Virus record (IMG/VR): IMGVR_UViG_3300008963_000001
Span: 32,001 to 96,000 of that record
Source of the DNA: a virus
Length of the DNA: 64,000 nucleotides
Strand: one strand, 5' to 3'
A program made the translations under genes and the position numbers. Positions within the stretch are counted from its first letter, which is position 1, and each line of letters opens with the position of its first letter. Below, one piece after another: positions 62,301 through 64,000 of this stretch. The notes under the pieces are model-generated. The model saw only the letters and a list, made by a program, of their open reading frames with translations, had not been told where the DNA came from and ran no database searches.

Positions 62301-64000
62301 GGCAAGGCTTTGATGCTGTAATTGGTAGTGTTTCAACAGATGGAGATAAGATACTAGGCTTCGAGTTTGACCATGCAGGTAATGAATATACAGAAGTTGA
62401 ATATATAATTACAGGCGGCGGCGTTAATTCAGATGTAGAAAACGATGAATTTAGAGATGATGCAGTTTTCGAAATACGCGGATTAGATCTAGGTAATGAT
62501 TCATCAGGACAATTTGGCGGTGATGGATATCTTACTAATGCAAACACAGCACAGGGAGGAACTACAACTAAAATATCTTTAGCAGCTGTGGATCAGGAAG
62601 TAAGTTCTGCTTACATTGGTATGAAAGTCGTGTTAGATGGCGGGAAAGGTGCCGGACAGTTTGGTATTGTTACCACATACGACTCAGGAACCAAAGAAGC
62701 AACTGTTGTAAGAGAAAGTGACGGCCAACCAGGGTGGGACCATTTTGTTCCAGGAACTCCTATAGTTGCGCCCGATCCATCAACAACTTATGTTATGGAG
62801 CCGGCAATATCTCTAAGCTCTCCAGGATTTTTATCCAGTGAAGTAACAATGTCGCAATCTGGGGTGTGGTCAGAATCTGTTTACGGAAATACATCAGAAG
62901 AGTATCTTGACAAGGCTGTAGATTCATACGAAGGTAACGGAACCGGAGCAAGCTTTAATATAACAAGAGTTGGCACAAAGTATTTTGTTACTCTAGAAGA
63001 CGCAGGGGAAGGATATGCCAGACTTGACACACTGACAATATTAGGCAGTTCACTCAACGGAGATGACGTAACCAATGATATTGTGATAACATTGACTTCC
63101 GTAAATTCAACCACCGGAGCAATTTTAGAGTTTGATTTTGAAGGTTCGGCATTCGGCGGAAGATTTGTAGCTGTTACTACATCTAACAACAACGGATCAT
63201 ACAGTAACGATGGCGAAACATGGCAAGCAATGACACTGCCAACAGCCGCAAACGGTTACTCGTCCGTTGCGCACGGACTTTTAGATGACGGCTCATCCTT
63301 GGTTAAGTTCTCTAAATTTGTTGCAGTATCACCAAACAGTGATATAGCAGCTTATTCGTCAGACGGTATAACTTGGACGGCATCAACATTACCTATTAGC
63401 GCAAACTGGACAAGCGTAGCATTCGGAAATGGAAGATTTGTAGCAGTAGCATCTGATTCAACAACTGTAGCAGTTTCTAACGATGGAGAAGTGTGGGATT
63501 TAACGTCTACATTGTCAAGAACTGGCGCAAATGAAGTTGCCTATGGCATGGGACGTTGGGTAGTTGTTTTTGATAACTCGTCCAGCGGGGATGGCGTGAA
63601 TTATTCAGCAACAGCTTTAGGTAATTGGAATGCACCCGACAATGCGGACGAACAAATGCCAACCGGGGCAAACTGGACTTCAGTAACATGGGGACAAGGT
63701 GCATGGGTGGCAGTAGCTAGTGATACAAACACAGGAGCTATAAGTATTGACGGCATAAATTGGAATTCAATGACTGTAGGATCTCCTGACTCTACTGATC
63801 CTGCCGGATACAACAAAGTCAGATACGGCCAAGGTTTGTTTATGGCCACACTAGAAGACACAACTGCTGGAATAACTGGCTATTCATATATTGCTAAATC
63901 AGAAGACGGGCTCTTCTGGGAGTTTGAAGGTGTTAACGATAACGGAAACGCTGTGAACGGGTACAATGCAATTTCGTTCGGTAATCCTAACTCAACAGGT
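59378..64000 (+). CDS. C-terminal half of the paralog: beta-helix and propeller-like regions (more than 1541 aa, runs off the window)
   Basis: Not in the ORF track. Manual translation 'MATVKQQIQNL...KTGTYRETLPIIVPESTVILGDELRS' continues with 'SLDPGWGP...SCYVQGVTTFGYAAVGQKIDGALHNGG', nearly identical to the 1868-aa protein. The frame is consistent at the start, near 61.8 kb and at the last base; I spot-checked it rather than reading every codon. GGAG RBS at 59366-59369. Confidence 0.85.
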   Translation, partial: MATVKQQIQNLTDIFSEAIENDNVDTVPARQVEDVSIFVKTGTYRETLPIIVPESTVILGDELRSSNAGPSSGVTDRSDAFYSQNSMNHLSSIVRSIVVGDTVTPSVGNTEVQSQKFPFADTPQQSDLKLLIQTIQNNIDFRIGTTNMAEYNFPVGYNDTFLPTFGNARKLLSYNKEFLKAEVVAYIKNNFPNILYSKTKCAQDVGYIVDAIVYDMTYGGNTQSIIAGLAYYDGNSSNLAIDSTEKSATISAYNFLKSRIETVITGFFLPSPQQSDVTQFTDTAGNSTSINYAKDLVDIIISILQNGVSAAPNVTVVTITGADTLNTSVAHGLEVGDSFTPRATINGLVKNKKHWIVDVPTATSFKVSESFGGSILSLTNGSNLNLIGDVIDYPVTTNGITTTTALITAAETLDAAQEQIIRNVIDDLNKVAYNFDFTVDDVNLTNDDFQIYVGKDDYAHTYVSGGTVTKSNGTVLNVSNFVYNEATGYATITTSVDHELEAGDIVDIQEITVEVTLNGQPITFEFPSPTSIDGSQTKVLYRRSKCERDTRLILEAVMFDFMLNSNFQSLKSGYAYLRATSSEVYGLDQKQITRDALDNARTEALANVGGDSTAQSRITPLMELIDAIIFSGSIEGTNNATVLRNNDYAIHQLEMNKDFIVQELTSYIQSEYSDTVNLLQDSTSYISISDTSWLNRGASIRFTGDVRSTIEKNKIYYVQNIIDEYNFTISETRYSNIPFVFDVNDDEILDAELATNFRVELVYNTASCERDVSAYLAALKYDLKYPGNYKSLYAARYYGNSVIGSLEEDMYYVRNGTGIRNQTLEGLSGDVLAVNEFGTSRVSAGAFVSLDPGWGPDDDRTWVKTRSCYVQGVTTFGYAAVGQKIDGALHNGGNDSIVSNDFTQVISDGIGAWVTNNGRAELVSVFTYYARIGYLSENGGRIRGTNGNCSYGTFGAVAEGFDATETPIEAVVDNRQGFDAVIGSVSTDGDKILGFEFDHAGNEYTEVEYIITGGGVNSDVENDEFRDDAVFEIRGLDLGNDSSGQFGGDGYLTNANTAQGGTTTKISLAAVDQEVSSAYIGMKVVLDGGKGAGQFGIVTTYDSGTKEATVVRESDGQPGWDHFVPGTPIVAPDPSTTYVMEPAISLSSPGFLSSEVTMSQSGVWSESVYGNTSEEYLDKAVDSYEGNGTGASFNITRVGTKYFVTLEDAGEGYARLDTLTILGSSLNGDDVTNDIVITLTSVNSTTGAILEFDFEGSAFGGRFVAVTTSNNNGSYSNDGETWQAMTLPTAANGYSSVAHGLLDDGSSLVKFSKFVAVSPNSDIAAYSSDGITWTASTLPISANWTSVAFGNGRFVAVASDSTTVAVSNDGEVWDLTSTLSRTGANEVAYGMGRWVVVFDNSSSGDGVNYSATALGNWNAPDNADEQMPTGANWTSVTWGQGAWVAVASDTNTGAISIDGINWNSMTVGSPDSTDPAGYNKVRYGQGLFMATLEDTTAGITGYSYIAKSEDGLFWEFEGVNDNGNAVNGYNAISFGNPNSTG

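Noticed and set aside
1-64000. CRISPR array, IS element or tandem DNA repeats
   Set aside because: No regularly spaced direct repeats, terminal inverted repeats or transposase motifs. The repeats seen exist only at the protein level.

Overview
This window is part of a large T4-superfamily myophage genome, with a jumbo-phage-like gene set and no host genes, tRNAs, CRISPR arrays or transposases that I could recognise. From 1 to 29.2 kb, minus strand, is a baseplate/fibre block: gp54/48-like, gp53-like, hub, gp5, gp25, gp6, a 4626-aa wedge/fibre protein and three paralogous fibre genes. From 29.2 to 33.6 kb, plus strand, are gp55 late sigma, gp47, gp46, an Hc1-like protein and a GIY-YIG nuclease. 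These are followed by about 500 nt without an ORF but dense in hairpins (33614-34143), a candidate large structured ncRNA. A gp26/gp51-like chaperone pair is linked by a perfect -1 slippery site. From 35.3 to 44.4 kb are tape measure, portal, a glycosyltransferase-like gene, core proteins, protease and major capsid protein. The major capsid gene carries an in-frame TAA at codon 13 and a 1-nt frameshift that splits it into ATGA-coupled ORFs; I saw no comparable lesion in any other gene. From 44.9 to 64 kb are paralogous fibre/adhesin genes with beta-propeller, CBM-like and beta-helix modules. All homology calls come from motif recognition by eye; no database searches were run.
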